Assembly (NCBI GenBank): GCA_001793235.1
Contig: MGHM01000017.1
Coordinates: 2,971-66,970, forward strand
Length of the DNA: 64,000 nt
Reading direction: 5' to 3'
Source: Candidatus Woesebacteria bacterium RIFCSPLOWO2_01_FULL_44_24b
Lineage (GTDB): Bacteria; Patescibacteriota; Microgenomatia; UBA8517
A program made the position numbers and the translations under genes. Every line of letters starts with the position of its first letter. Positions within the stretch are counted from its first letter, which is position 1. This document shows positions 10,011-19,321 of this stretch, piece by piece. The notes under the pieces are model-generated. The model ran no database searches. It was not told the DNA's origin and worked only from the letters and a program-made list of their open reading frames with translations.

Positions 10011-10826
10011 ATGGTAGAAAATCTTTCCGTAAGGTATAACAACGATAGAGATATTAGAATGGACTTATTGCCACCCCAAGAAGTCACTATAAGTCATATA
10101 GGGGTTAATAACATTCCCTATATAGTTGATCTTGATAAACAAGCTGCCGAAGGTTTATTACATTTAGAGGGAGTACGCAAAGGTTTACCTGTTGACATCG
10201 CATTCGATTATTCTACGGACAATCGAACTGACAAAAGGCTAGAAGAGATCAGAAATAAGTATAAAGATCTCGATAGCAGTGTAGAATTTGCGAATATGCA
10301 CTTGGCTGAATGGAATGTACTATCTAGTTTTTTCTTGGTCCTTTCAACTAGATCAGCATTGGGTTACTTTTTCGAGAAAAACAATAGACTTCAAACTACT
10401 GTAAACGTGGGAACACACCACTATTTCTTTAATGATGAAAAAGACTTCAGACACAGTATCGCATCAACTCTGGCACATGAGATAGGGCATGCCAGGCAAC
10501 CAGCTGACATTCCAACTATGAGGTCTTCATCGATTGAGAAAATTAAGAAGTTATATGAGGTTTATATCCAAACTGTCCTGGGAGAATCAAAGTTACCTAA
10601 ATTGTCAGACAAGCTCTTGTCACACTTGGCCGAAAATACTAAACATCCAGAATTTATTGAGTTACCCAATAACGTCGTTATGACTTTGAATAGCTTAATG
10701 GATCACTTACCTAATATCTTAGCTTTGATTCCGTACTATGTTGTCGAGTCCGAGAGATTTGCAAGAGAATACGCTAAAAGTGCAACTCCAGCTTGGGAAG
10801 AGTTGATTACACTCAGAAAGCTATAG
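10011..10826 (+). CDS. HExxH zinc-metallopeptidase-like protein (ImmA/IrrE- or SprT-like motif), sits between direct repeats
   Basis: TLAHEIGHARQ is an HExxH motif in an ImmA/IrrE- or SprT-type context. The 271-aa ORF starts 13 nt after the deacetylase stop and ends 21 nt before the repeat copy. Confidence 0.5.
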   Translation: MVENLSVRYNNDRDIRMDLLPPQEVTISHIGVNNIPYIVDLDKQAAEGLLHLEGVRKGLPVDIAFDYSTDNRTDKRLEEIRNKYKDLDSSVEFANMHLAEWNVLSSFFLVLSTRSALGYFFEKNNRLQTTVNVGTHHYFFNDEKDFRHSIASTLAHEIGHARQPADIPTMRSSSIEKIKKLYEVYIQTVLGESKLPKLSDKLLSHLAENTKHPEFIELPNNVVMTLNSLMDHLPNILALIPYYVVESERFAREYAKSATPAWEELITLRKL

Positions 10827-10832
10827 ATGAAA

Positions 10833-10996
10833 CTAGCATCACGATGATTGATATCAAAAAAGTCATTAAAACAAAGAAAAATGGAATGGCCAAACATAAA
10901 AGCCAGTTCAACAAAGAAAAGATTGAAGAAATACTCGGGCACTTCAAAGATGGCAAAAAGAATGTGGAGAGAGGGTTTTATATCAAGCTCTCGTGA
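10833..10996 (+). pseudogene. Orphan duplicated 3' fragment of the PIG-L deacetylase gene (roughly 90% nt identity to 9853-9990)
   Basis: Encodes IDIKKVIKTKKNGMAKHKSQFNKEKIEEILGHFKDGKKNVERGFYIKLS, versus IDIEKVIKTKKNGMAKHKSQFNKEKIEEILGHFKDGKNDVERGFYIKLG at the C-terminus of the 9272-9997 gene. Hand alignment of about 140 nt shows roughly 13 mismatches. Confidence 0.6.
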
Positions 10997-11000
10997 GTCT

Positions 11001-13043
11001 CTATAGTCTGGTTTTTCGAAGCATTAAAGCATTGACAACAACGATTACCGATGATGCACTCATTAAAAGAGCCCCCCATTCTGGTCGAAGCAAAACTCCC
11101 CAAGGATACAAAACTCCCGCAGCCACCGGAATTGCAATAATATTGTAACCAGCGGCCCAAGCCAAATTTTGTTTCATTTTGCTATCAGTTTTTCGGCTTA
11201 ACTGAATAATTTTAACTACGTCCATGGGATTGTTTTTAACCAATACTATTTGCCCTGCTTCCACTGCCACGTCGGTCCCTGCCCCAATTGCGATTCCCAC
11301 ATTGGATTGTGTCAAAGCAGGTGCGTCATTCACGCCGTCACCTACCATGGCCACAATACTGCCATCCTTTTGTAATTGCCTTATCTTATTTACTTTGTCT
11401 TCCGGCAAAACATCAGCATAATATGTATCAATTTGAAGTTCCTTTGCAACTGATTTGGCAATACTTTCATTATCCCCCGTAATCATGGCAACCTTTACCC
11501 CTAAATCATGAAGGGTTTTTACGGCTTGTCTCGATTCCTGCCGAATAATATCAGACAATATTATAACCCCAGTAAGCTTTACTCCCTGAGATACCCAAAT
11601 AAAAGACTTGCCTTCTTCTACTTCTTTTTTAATATCTTCTTTAAGTTTGGTAATATTCACTTTGTTTTCTTTCATCAATGCCTCATTGCCAAGCACATAA
11701 GTTTTGCCATTCATCTTCCCGGAAACTCCACGCCCGGGATAAGACATAAAATCACTAACTTTATCCAAAGTGATTTTTTTGCTTTCAGCCTCAGAAACTA
11801 TCGCTCTAGCTATAGAATGCTGAGAATAAACATCAATAGAAGCAGCAATTTGCAAAACGTCCCCAATAATTTTATCTACTCCAAATTCTCCTTTAGTCAA
11901 AGTTCCAGTTTTATCGAACACTACCCAGGAGAGCTTCTTTGCAATTTCCAGCGCTTTAATATCTTTGATTAATATCCCGTTTTTTGCAGCGACTTGGGTT
12001 GTAATGGTCGTAACTGTAGGAATTGCGAGGCCGAGCGCATGCGGGCAGGCAATGACAATTACAGTTATTGCCAGGGTGCTTGCAAAAATAGCCCCCTGGG
12101 GGTTAAGTATTAGCCAATACAAAAAGGTTACTGACCCGACCGTGATTGCAGTAAATGTTAAAATAGTTGCTGCTTTGTCGGCCAGTCGCTGAACTGAAGG
12201 CTTAGTTGTTTGTGCCTGTCGTATCAAACTCATAATTTGAGCCAACGCACTTTCTGTCCCAGTTTTAGTGACTTCTATGGTTAAAGTTCCATCGTTATTA
12301 ATTGTTCCCCCGACTACACTATCGCCCACCTTTTTAAAAACAGGGCGAGATTCACCTGTTATCATTGATTCATTTAGCGAACTTTCTCCCTCAATTACTG
12401 TACCATCAACGGGCACTTTCTCTCCGGGGCGAATCACGACTTTATCTCCTTTTTGCAATTCACTGGTCTCTACTTCTACTAACTTACCGTCTACCAATTT
12501 ATTAGCGGTTGGAGGAATTAATTTAGCAAGTTCCTCTAGGGCACCTGTAGTTCCCATGACAGCTCGCATTTCCATCCAATGACCAAACAAAAAAGCAGAT
12601 ACCAAAGTAGAAATCTCCCACCAAAGTGATTCCCCTGGAAATAAAAAGGTCGCTGCTATTGAAAAGACATAGCCCGACAACACTGCTAAGCTAACCAAGG
12701 TCATCATGCCAAAATTGCGTGAAGTAATTTCCGATTTTGCTGCACTGAAAAACGGCCTGCCACCATAAAGAGCAACGACGGAACCAAGTAAAAATAAAAC
12801 AGCGTCTCGCCCGGCAAAATCTAGCGAATAATTAAACCAATTCTGAATACTTGGGGATAGTAATAATACTATAATTGTTACAGGAAGGGTCTGAAAGAAA
12901 AGCTTTTTGAAGCTATGCCCCATGTGAGCATGGTGTGAAGTGTGGTCCTTCACTTCTTCAACCAAAGTCATCCCACATTTAGGGCATTTTCCGGGTTTAT
13001 CACTTTTTACTTCCGGGTGCATCGGGCAGGTATAGGTTTTCAT
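11001..13043 (-). CDS. copB: P1B-type heavy-metal ATPase, CopB-like (CPH motif), with N-terminal CPMHPE...CPKCGM metal-binding domain
   Basis: N-terminal [22 protein letters not shown]; TM6 [12 protein letters not shown] (CPH); DKTGTLT phosphorylation site; [10 protein letters not shown] hinge. Confidence 0.85.
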   Translation of the reverse strand: MKTYTCPMHPEVKSDKPGKCPKCGMTLVEEVKDHTSHHAHMGHSFKKLFFQTLPVTIIVLLLSPSIQNWFNYSLDFAGRDAVLFLLGSVVALYGGRPFFSAAKSEITSRNFGMMTLVSLAVLSGYVFSIAATFLFPGESLWWEISTLVSAFLFGHWMEMRAVMGTTGALEELAKLIPPTANKLVDGKLVEVETSELQKGDKVVIRPGEKVPVDGTVIEGESSLNESMITGESRPVFKKVGDSVVGGTINNDGTLTIEVTKTGTESALAQIMSLIRQAQTTKPSVQRLADKAATILTFTAITVGSVTFLYWLILNPQGAIFASTLAITVIVIACPHALGLAIPTVTTITTQVAAKNGILIKDIKALEIAKKLSWVVFDKTGTLTKGEFGVDKIIGDVLQIAASIDVYSQHSIARAIVSEAESKKITLDKVSDFMSYPGRGVSGKMNGKTYVLGNEALMKENKVNITKLKEDIKKEVEEGKSFIWVSQGVKLTGVIILSDIIRQESRQAVKTLHDLGVKVAMITGDNESIAKSVAKELQIDTYYADVLPEDKVNKIRQLQKDGSIVAMVGDGVNDAPALTQSNVGIAIGAGTDVAVEAGQIVLVKNNPMDVVKIIQLSRKTDSKMKQNLAWAAGYNIIAIPVAAGVLYPWGVLLRPEWGALLMSASSVIVVVNALMLRKTRL

Positions 13044-13313
13044 TTACTTCTTACTTAAGAAATAGTTGTAAAACATCGCGAAAGCGTAGCCTGTCAGCCA
13101 TGCAACTACCGTAAATGACAAAAATCCAACAACAATTGTTCCTAAATCTGGGGTCTTTGGAGGTAGCGCGCCCAAATTTAGCCCATGCGCCCAGGAATTC
13201 ATCATACCCATAAAACTCGGCCTGAATAACAAAACCCAACCCGCACAGACTAAATACAATATCCCGCCAACCGAGGCTAATGCGTTTGCTGTTGCCATAG
13301 GATTATGTTTCAT
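13044..13313 (-). CDS. Small integral membrane protein (2-3 TM), hypothetical, within copper operon
   Basis: 89-aa hydrophobic ORF, contiguous with flanking genes on the same strand. Confidence 0.4.
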   Translation of the reverse strand: MKHNPMATANALASVGGILYLVCAGWVLLFRPSFMGMMNSWAHGLNLGALPPKTPDLGTIVVGFLSFTVVAWLTGYAFAMFYNYFLSKK

Positions 13314-13326
13314 TCATCTCACCCCC

Positions 13327-14013
13327 TCATTCATGTACTAATACCCTAACACCGCGATTATCTGATGTTGAGTTAACGGCGTTAACTCCCGGAGACATAG
13401 CCGGACCCGCCCACTCATAAATCAGTTTAGCATTGTCAGGATGTAAATTTATACAACCGCTACTTCTATTTTTAATACCGAAATCATTGTGCCAATACGC
13501 GCCGTGAATGGCATAACCTTTGTAGAAAAAGAGAGAATAGGGGACATTAGGCAGATTATAATATCCACTAGTCCCGGGCGTACCGCCACGGTAGCGTTGA
13601 GATCTCACTTTCCGCCATACTCTATACTCCCCAGGAGGAGTCTTATACCCAGGTCTTCCTGTTGAAACTGAAAACTCATATACCTTACGATTTCCCTCCC
13701 AGGCAAACAGTTTCATGTCCGACAAATCTACTTCTATCCACTTTTCAGCGCCGTCTGAAGCCAAGTGGGAACCCAATACTTTTATACTGCCGTTTTCCTC
13801 GAGTTTGGTAGGCAGCTGACTAACTGGTTTATTATCAAAAACGGGAGTCTCTGCATCCTCAACCCATTCTCCGCTGCTTTCTTGAACCTGGCGTAAAAAT
13901 GCTTCGTTTCCGCCGTTATCTGCATTTATTTTCGAATTTACATCAGAAACATTCTGGTTATAAATAAATAGGCCCAGAATCAAGATAATTGATATGGGCA
14001 GTAGAAGTTTCAT
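13327..14013 (-). CDS. L,D-transpeptidase (YkuD domain) family protein, secreted
   Basis: N-terminal signal/TM; catalytic-domain motif YAIHGAYWHNDFGIKNRSSGCINLHPDNAKLIYEW (the H...SxGC motif of YkuD). Confidence 0.7.
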   Translation of the reverse strand: MKLLLPISIILILGLFIYNQNVSDVNSKINADNGGNEAFLRQVQESSGEWVEDAETPVFDNKPVSQLPTKLEENGSIKVLGSHLASDGAEKWIEVDLSDMKLFAWEGNRKVYEFSVSTGRPGYKTPPGEYRVWRKVRSQRYRGGTPGTSGYYNLPNVPYSLFFYKGYAIHGAYWHNDFGIKNRSSGCINLHPDNAKLIYEWAGPAMSPGVNAVNSTSDNRGVRVLVHE

Positions 14014-16764
14014 CTAGTTATTTGCCATACTTGAGCTGACATTGGCAAACTGGATAAACATAAAGGTAAACGCCACCGCCATCACGGCCGGCGCTAATGC
14101 AGCTACATAATCTCTTTTGCCTGGAGTAAACCTGCGCAAAAGCAGGGAATTGCCGACTACCGAAATTGACGAGAGTGCCATGGCAAGCCCCGCCAACTCT
14201 GGCTTTAAGACTAACCCAAGCCCTGCAAATACCCTTGCGGCCACCGGGATACCAATTACATTGTAAAAAAGCGCAAAAAACATGTTTTGTTTTATTTTAC
14301 TCATTGTTGAGCGGGAAAGGTCAAGAGCTCCCACTACATCCCGAAGGTCGTTTTTAATTATTACAATCCCGCCGGTTTCCATAGCCACATCAGTACCGCT
14401 TCCCATGGCAATTCCCAAATCCGCCTGAGCAAGCGCCGGCGCGTCATTGATTCCATCCCCGACCATCCCAACTTTTTTACCAGCCTCTTGCAACTTTTTA
14501 ACTTCATTTGCCTTATCCTCTGGTAGAACTTCCGAGAGGACATTAGTAATCCCAACTTGAGAAGCAATTGCCTGCGCAGTACGCTCATTGTCCCCGGTTA
14601 TCATCCAAACTTCTATTCTGCGCTTTATCAACATCTCTATGGCTTCCTTAGAAGTTTCTTTGACTGTATCCGCTACCGCAATAAGCCCCAAGACCTGCTT
14701 TTCGGTTGAAAGCACCATCACAGTTTTACCCTGGCTCTCAAGGGCTTGAATTGTATACATCTGGTTTATTAAAGATAGTCCCAAAGTCTCACTGGCCATT
14801 TTTGGTTTGCCAAAATAATAGGTCGTCTCACCCAAATTCCCCTGCACTCCAAAACCCGGTATTGCACTAAACCCTTCAACTTCACTCAAGGCTATAGCTT
14901 TACCCGAAGCGTGGGTGTAAATCGCTTCAGCTAACGGGTGTTCTGATTGCTTCTCTAATGAAGCCGCAATTTGAAGTACCAAAGTATCCCCAATGATATC
15001 CGTAACTTCCGGTTTACCTTTAGTGATAGTTCCGGTTTTGTCAAAAACTATAGTATTGATTTTATTAGCCTTCTCAAGCGGTTCTCCACCTTTAACCAAA
15101 ATCCCATGCTCAGCCCCTTTGCCGGTGCCTACCATAATTGCAGTGGGTGTAGCTAGCCCTAAAGCGCAAGGGCAGGCGATAACTATCACTGCAGTAAAAG
15201 CCATCAATGCAAAAGACAAGGTAGCTCCAAGAACCAAGTACCAAATCGCAAAAGTAGAAATGGCGATCAGAATAACTGCCGGGACAAAATAGGCCGAAAT
15301 TCGGTCGGCAATGGCCTGAATTGGGGCTTTGGAGCCTTGAGCATCTTCAACTAATTTTATAATTTGAGACAAAGTAGTTTCTGCGCCTACACGAGTAGCC
15401 ATAAATTCAAAACTTCCGGTTTTATTTAAAGTTGAACCAATGACAATATCGCCTTCATGTTTCTCAACCGGCAAACTTTCGCCCGTAATCATTGACTCGT
15501 CAACCGACGAGGAGCCTTTAACAATCTCGCCATCAACTGGCACTTTCTCTCCGGGGCGAACGATAACAATATCACCCTTAACAACCTCCTCTAGAGCAAT
15601 ATCGACGGTTTGGCCATCTCTCACAACCCGTGCAGTTTTAGCCTGAAGCCCCATTAGTTTTTTGATCGCTTCAGAAGTTCTACCTTTAGCTTTTGCTTCA
15701 AGCCATTTTCCCAAAGTTACGAACGTAATTAAGAACGCGGCGGTTTCAAAATAAAGTTCTGGAATTTTTGCCCCCATCAAGCCAGTAAGAGAATCGTTAA
15801 CCGCAAAATAAACAAAGAAATTAATAACACTATAAAAAAATGCCACCGAAGTACCAATAGCTATTAGACTATCCATATTAAAAGTCTTCATACGAAGCCC
15901 GGACCACATACCTTTATAAAACCCGGACCCAATAATAAATTGCACGGGGGTTGCCAATATAAATGAGATAATTCCGACATATGGAAGCAAAATTGAGGCT
16001 CCGAGGAATTTGGGGAAAAAATCAAACAGCATGAAATATAGCATTGGCGCACTTAATATAAAGCTCCAGATAAATTTTCTGAATTGGCCCTTAATTTGTG
16101 CTTGCTGTTTCTCTGCTTCCTCTTTGGTATTTGTTGAGTCTGAAACACTTGCGCTATATCCCGTTTTTTCTACAGCTTTAATTAAGTCTTCTTCTTTAGT
16201 TAATGATGAGTCAAATCCCACACTTGCTTTCTCAGCTGCAAAATTAACTCTCGCTTCACTGACTCCTGGAACTTTTTTGAGTGATTTTTCAATTAATAGC
16301 GCGCAAGATGAACAATGCATACCATAAAGGGAAAGCGCAACTTTCTTTTGGCCTTCGCTAATCGGTGCTATGTCGGTGGATAGGACTTGCTGCCCGGGAT
16401 CCTTCAATGTTAAAACCCCATCAAATTCAAATTCCCCTTTTTGATTTTTTAGTGCTTTTCCAGTAACTCTAATTCCTGACTTAAGTAATTCTTTTAATGA
16501 ATTTTGGGAGGAGAATACTACAGTGCTTTTACCATTGCCATTGGCAGACTCTTCAACAACTGCATTATATCCGGCTTCTGCTATTGCTTCTTTAATTACT
16601 TCAGATGAAATATCTTGCGACGCTTTAATACTCCCCATACCAGTTTGGTGGCTAATCTCAACCCCCTGGACTCCCGCAATTTTTGACAACTCACGACTAA
16701 TCAATTTCTCACAAGACTTGCAATGCATCCCTTCAACGCTAAATTTAATAATGTCCTGTTTCAT
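14014..16764 (-). CDS. copA: Cu(I)-translocating P1B-1 ATPase CopA with two N-terminal HMA domains
   Basis: Two GMxCxxC HMA motifs ([20 protein letters not shown]); CPC in [12 protein letters not shown]; DKTGTIT; [10 protein letters not shown]. Confidence 0.9.
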   Translation of the reverse strand: MKQDIIKFSVEGMHCKSCEKLISRELSKIAGVQGVEISHQTGMGSIKASQDISSEVIKEAIAEAGYNAVVEESANGNGKSTVVFSSQNSLKELLKSGIRVTGKALKNQKGEFEFDGVLTLKDPGQQVLSTDIAPISEGQKKVALSLYGMHCSSCALLIEKSLKKVPGVSEARVNFAAEKASVGFDSSLTKEEDLIKAVEKTGYSASVSDSTNTKEEAEKQQAQIKGQFRKFIWSFILSAPMLYFMLFDFFPKFLGASILLPYVGIISFILATPVQFIIGSGFYKGMWSGLRMKTFNMDSLIAIGTSVAFFYSVINFFVYFAVNDSLTGLMGAKIPELYFETAAFLITFVTLGKWLEAKAKGRTSEAIKKLMGLQAKTARVVRDGQTVDIALEEVVKGDIVIVRPGEKVPVDGEIVKGSSSVDESMITGESLPVEKHEGDIVIGSTLNKTGSFEFMATRVGAETTLSQIIKLVEDAQGSKAPIQAIADRISAYFVPAVILIAISTFAIWYLVLGATLSFALMAFTAVIVIACPCALGLATPTAIMVGTGKGAEHGILVKGGEPLEKANKINTIVFDKTGTITKGKPEVTDIIGDTLVLQIAASLEKQSEHPLAEAIYTHASGKAIALSEVEGFSAIPGFGVQGNLGETTYYFGKPKMASETLGLSLINQMYTIQALESQGKTVMVLSTEKQVLGLIAVADTVKETSKEAIEMLIKRRIEVWMITGDNERTAQAIASQVGITNVLSEVLPEDKANEVKKLQEAGKKVGMVGDGINDAPALAQADLGIAMGSGTDVAMETGGIVIIKNDLRDVVGALDLSRSTMSKIKQNMFFALFYNVIGIPVAARVFAGLGLVLKPELAGLAMALSSISVVGNSLLLRRFTPGKRDYVAALAPAVMAVAFTFMFIQFANVSSSMANN

Positions 16765-17039
16765 GATTTTTTGATAACACCTATTAATTCATCCGCAATA
16801 GTCTCACCTTCGCCTTTGGCAACTTCATGAGCTACACAATGGCGGATGTGGTTTTCCAGTAGTGTTTGGTCCGACTTTTTTAAAGCTGCTTGGACAGCCA
16901 AAGATTGGTGAACCACATCAATGCAGTATTCATCATTCTCTACCATCGCAATTACCTTATCCAAGTGCCCTCTGGCAATCTTAAGGCGATGTAAAACATT
17001 TCGTTGAGTTGTCTGGTTTCTTGGTACCCCTTTTGGCAT
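16761..17039 (-). CDS. csoR: CsoR/RcnR-family metal-sensing transcriptional repressor
   Basis: [37 protein letters not shown]...HIRHCVAH carries the Cys-His-Cys ligand pattern of CsoR; it overlaps the copA start by 4 nt. Confidence 0.75.
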   Translation of the reverse strand: MPKGVPRNQTTQRNVLHRLKIARGHLDKVIAMVENDEYCIDVVHQSLAVQAALKKSDQTLLENHIRHCVAHEVAKGEGETIADELIGVIKKS

Positions 17040-17091
17040 ACTTAATTTTAATCCCCTCCGGGGGGATTGACAAAGAATAGCCTACTGGTTT

Positions 17092-18123
17092 ATGATTGTC
17101 AACAGGTGCAAGATAAGTAATATGAATCCAATAATCCTAGCTTTTATAACGGGTCTCACCACAGGGGGGATATCTTGTATTGCAGTACAGGGAGGGTTAC
17201 TTGCCTCGGCAATTTCTCAAAAAAAAGAAAATCAAACCAATTTATCAATGGTTGGGATGTTCTTGGTTGCTAAAATATTTGTCTATACTCTACTTGGACT
17301 GGCACTTGGTGCATTAGGTTCAGCGCTAACCATAACTCCACAATTCCAAGGCTGGATGCAGATTGCGGCCGGCCTTTATATGCTGGCAACCGCCGCAAAT
17401 TTATTAAACCTTCATCCAATTTTTAGGTATGCAGTAATCCAGCCGCCAAGGTTTGCCTATCGTTTTATGCGCCAACAATCAAAATCCAGCCAACATTTCA
17501 CGCCAGCTTTGCTTGGTAGCCTAACTGTTTTAATTCCCTGTGGTATTACTCAGGGCATGATGGTTTTGGCAGTGGCTTCGGGTAGTTCCCTACTTGGTGC
17601 GGGAATCATGTTTGCATTCACACTGGGTACATCACCGGTTTTTGCTACTCTTGGCTTAACCGCTTCAAAACTTATGGAGAAAAAAGCCTTCGCCTATATC
17701 GGCGCAACAATGATCGCCATTCTGGGACTTTTATCTATCAACACCGGGCAAGTGCTCCGTGGCTCTGCCCATACCGCACAAAATTACTGGGAAGTAATGA
17801 TCACCGCACCCAATGAAGTCAAAGCGGGAAACGTGGCCGGGATTGACTCCGAAGGCAAACAGGAAGTTACAATTGATGTTAATAGCCGTGGCTACAGCTC
17901 GTCAGTAAACACTCTTAAAGCGGGAGTGCCTGTAAAACTTACTCTAAAAACAAACAACACTTTGGGCTGCTCAAGAGCTTTTACGATCCCCTCGTTGGGG
18001 ATACAAAAAGTGCTGGCTGAAACAGGAGAGGAAACCATTGAGTTCACACCAACAAAAACGGGCAAGCTTGCCTACACCTGCTCAATGGGGATGTATTCCG
18101 GGCAGTTTAATGTAGTCAACTAA
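17092..18123 (+). CDS. Polytopic membrane protein (CcdA/DsbD_2-like N-terminal region) fused to C-terminal cupredoxin-like beta domain
   Basis: N-terminal LAFITGLTTGGISCIAVQGGLL plus about six further TM segments. The C-terminal roughly 100 aa, VTIDVNSRGY...GCSRAF...GKLAYTCSMGMYSGQFNVVN, resembles a cupredoxin C-terminal strand with a Cys/Met-rich site. It is divergent from the csoR-copA operon. Confidence 0.5.
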   Translation: MIVNRCKISNMNPIILAFITGLTTGGISCIAVQGGLLASAISQKKENQTNLSMVGMFLVAKIFVYTLLGLALGALGSALTITPQFQGWMQIAAGLYMLATAANLLNLHPIFRYAVIQPPRFAYRFMRQQSKSSQHFTPALLGSLTVLIPCGITQGMMVLAVASGSSLLGAGIMFAFTLGTSPVFATLGLTASKLMEKKAFAYIGATMIAILGLLSINTGQVLRGSAHTAQNYWEVMITAPNEVKAGNVAGIDSEGKQEVTIDVNSRGYSSSVNTLKAGVPVKLTLKTNNTLGCSRAFTIPSLGIQKVLAETGEETIEFTPTKTGKLAYTCSMGMYSGQFNVVN

Positions 18124-18320
18124 TGGCCAAAAAGATTTACAAAGTACTAAATATGGATTGCGCCAGCTGCGCGCTTTTGATAGAGGCGGAGCTCGAGGAT
18201 GCCGGAATTGCCTGCAAATGTAGTTATGCTAAGCAAATTCTGGAAGTCGAAGGGGAGCATGATGAAAAAAAAGTCCACGAAGCTGTCCAAAAAGCCGGTT
18301 ACGAATTAGCGTTGACATGA
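18123..18320 (+). CDS. copZ: Copper chaperone CopZ (HMA domain)
   Basis: MAKKIYKVLNMDCASCALLIEAELEDAGI has the MxCxxC HMA motif; 65 aa. Confidence 0.8.
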   Translation: MAKKIYKVLNMDCASCALLIEAELEDAGIACKCSYAKQILEVEGEHDEKKVHEAVQKAGYELALT

Positions 18321-18625
18321 TTACAGAATCCTGTCATAATCCTGTTATGAGACAAATGATTCAGGACGAACAGTTTACTAATGTACAGCGTGCTCAAGCA
18401 GGTCTTACCCGTTTATTTTTAAAAGCCGCAAGAAGCGGCACTTTTTATCGCGTCTTAAAAAACGACAAGCCCTTGGGAGTACTTATCCCTAACAGAATGT
18501 GGGAGGATTTACTTGAAGATTTAGAAGCTTTATCTTCTCCCAGATATCTAAAAGCCATAGCCAAAGCCCGCCGTGAAACTAAAAGTTACTCTTTAGATGA
18601 AGTAAAGAAAAAGCTTAATTTATAA
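18317..18625 (+). CDS. Type II antitoxin, Phd/YefM family
   Basis: ~90-100 aa, ...FTNVQRAQAGLTRLFLKAARSGTFYRVLKNDKPLGVLIP..., followed 2 nt later by a RelE-like toxin. ATGA overlap with the copZ stop; the alternative start at 18347 is possible. Confidence 0.6.
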   Translation: MITESCHNPVMRQMIQDEQFTNVQRAQAGLTRLFLKAARSGTFYRVLKNDKPLGVLIPNRMWEDLLEDLEALSSPRYLKAIAKARRETKSYSLDEVKKKLNL

Positions 18626-18627
18626 AA

Positions 18628-18891
18628 TTGGAGAAATATCAATTTAGATTTAAGCCAACTGGAGAAAAATCCTTCAATAAATTATCTAAATCTGTCCAAG
18701 ATCAAATTATCAAAAAACTTGAATATTTTCTGAAGGCAGATGATCCACTAGAATTTGCCGAGCATCTTACTGATCGAGAAGTTGGTGAGTATAGATTTCG
18801 AATTGGAAAATATAGGATTATCACAGAGGTGACAGGAAAAATTATCTTCATACTTTTAGCCGGCCACAGGAGGGATATTTATAAGCGATAG
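18628..18891 (+). CDS. Type II toxin, RelE/ParE family
   Basis: YRFRIGKYRIITEVTGKIIFILLAGHRRDIY is the canonical RelE/ParE C-terminal signature. Confidence 0.8.
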   Translation: MEKYQFRFKPTGEKSFNKLSKSVQDQIIKKLEYFLKADDPLEFAEHLTDREVGEYRFRIGKYRIITEVTGKIIFILLAGHRRDIYKR

Positions 18892-18949
18892 CTTGCAACC
18901 TATAGTTATAAAAGATAAGTCTCTGTCCAAAAAGAAGGGTATGATTTAG

Positions 18950-19321
18950 CTATTTAGTCCTATTTTCTTCCTTGATATATTTGGATAACATTCTACGTAG
19001 ACCATATACCCACAATCTATCCTCCGAAAAACTGCTTTTTACCAAGGGATGTGCCTTTTTTAAAACTTCACTTAGCTCAATATTACCTTCGGTGGCTATG
19101 ATTTCATCACTATATTTTAACAAAAACTTATCTACTACCTTTTTGGGTATACCTTCCTTCTCCACAAGCTCATCCAAAAACTCCTGTATAATCTTCAACT
19201 TTTTCCTTCCTTGATAGTTTCGATATTTTGTAAGAAGGGTAAGAACTAAACCTAAGTATACTTCCGGTGAAAGAATCAATACCAAAACAAACGCTACCAG
19301 AATTAAAACGTATAAATTCAT
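18950..19321 (-). CDS. Hypothetical N-terminally membrane-anchored protein (123 aa)
   Basis: N-terminal TM (LYVLILVAFVLVLILSP); its stop abuts the serS start. Confidence 0.4.
   Translation of the reverse strand: MNLYVLILVAFVLVLILSPEVYLGLVLTLLTKYRNYQGRKKLKIIQEFLDELVEKEGIPKKVVDKFLLKYSDEIIATEGNIELSEVLKKAHPLVKSSFSEDRLWVYGLRRMLSKYIKEENRTK

Noticed and set aside
10978-13043. Numerous plus-strand ORFs (60-150 aa) listed in the track inside the copB/copA genes (e.g. 11224-11421, 11508-11972, 14993-15292, 16010-16327).
   Set aside because: They are antisense to long, motif-rich P-type ATPase genes, with low-complexity or Ser/Thr/Pro-rich translations typical of antisense frames.
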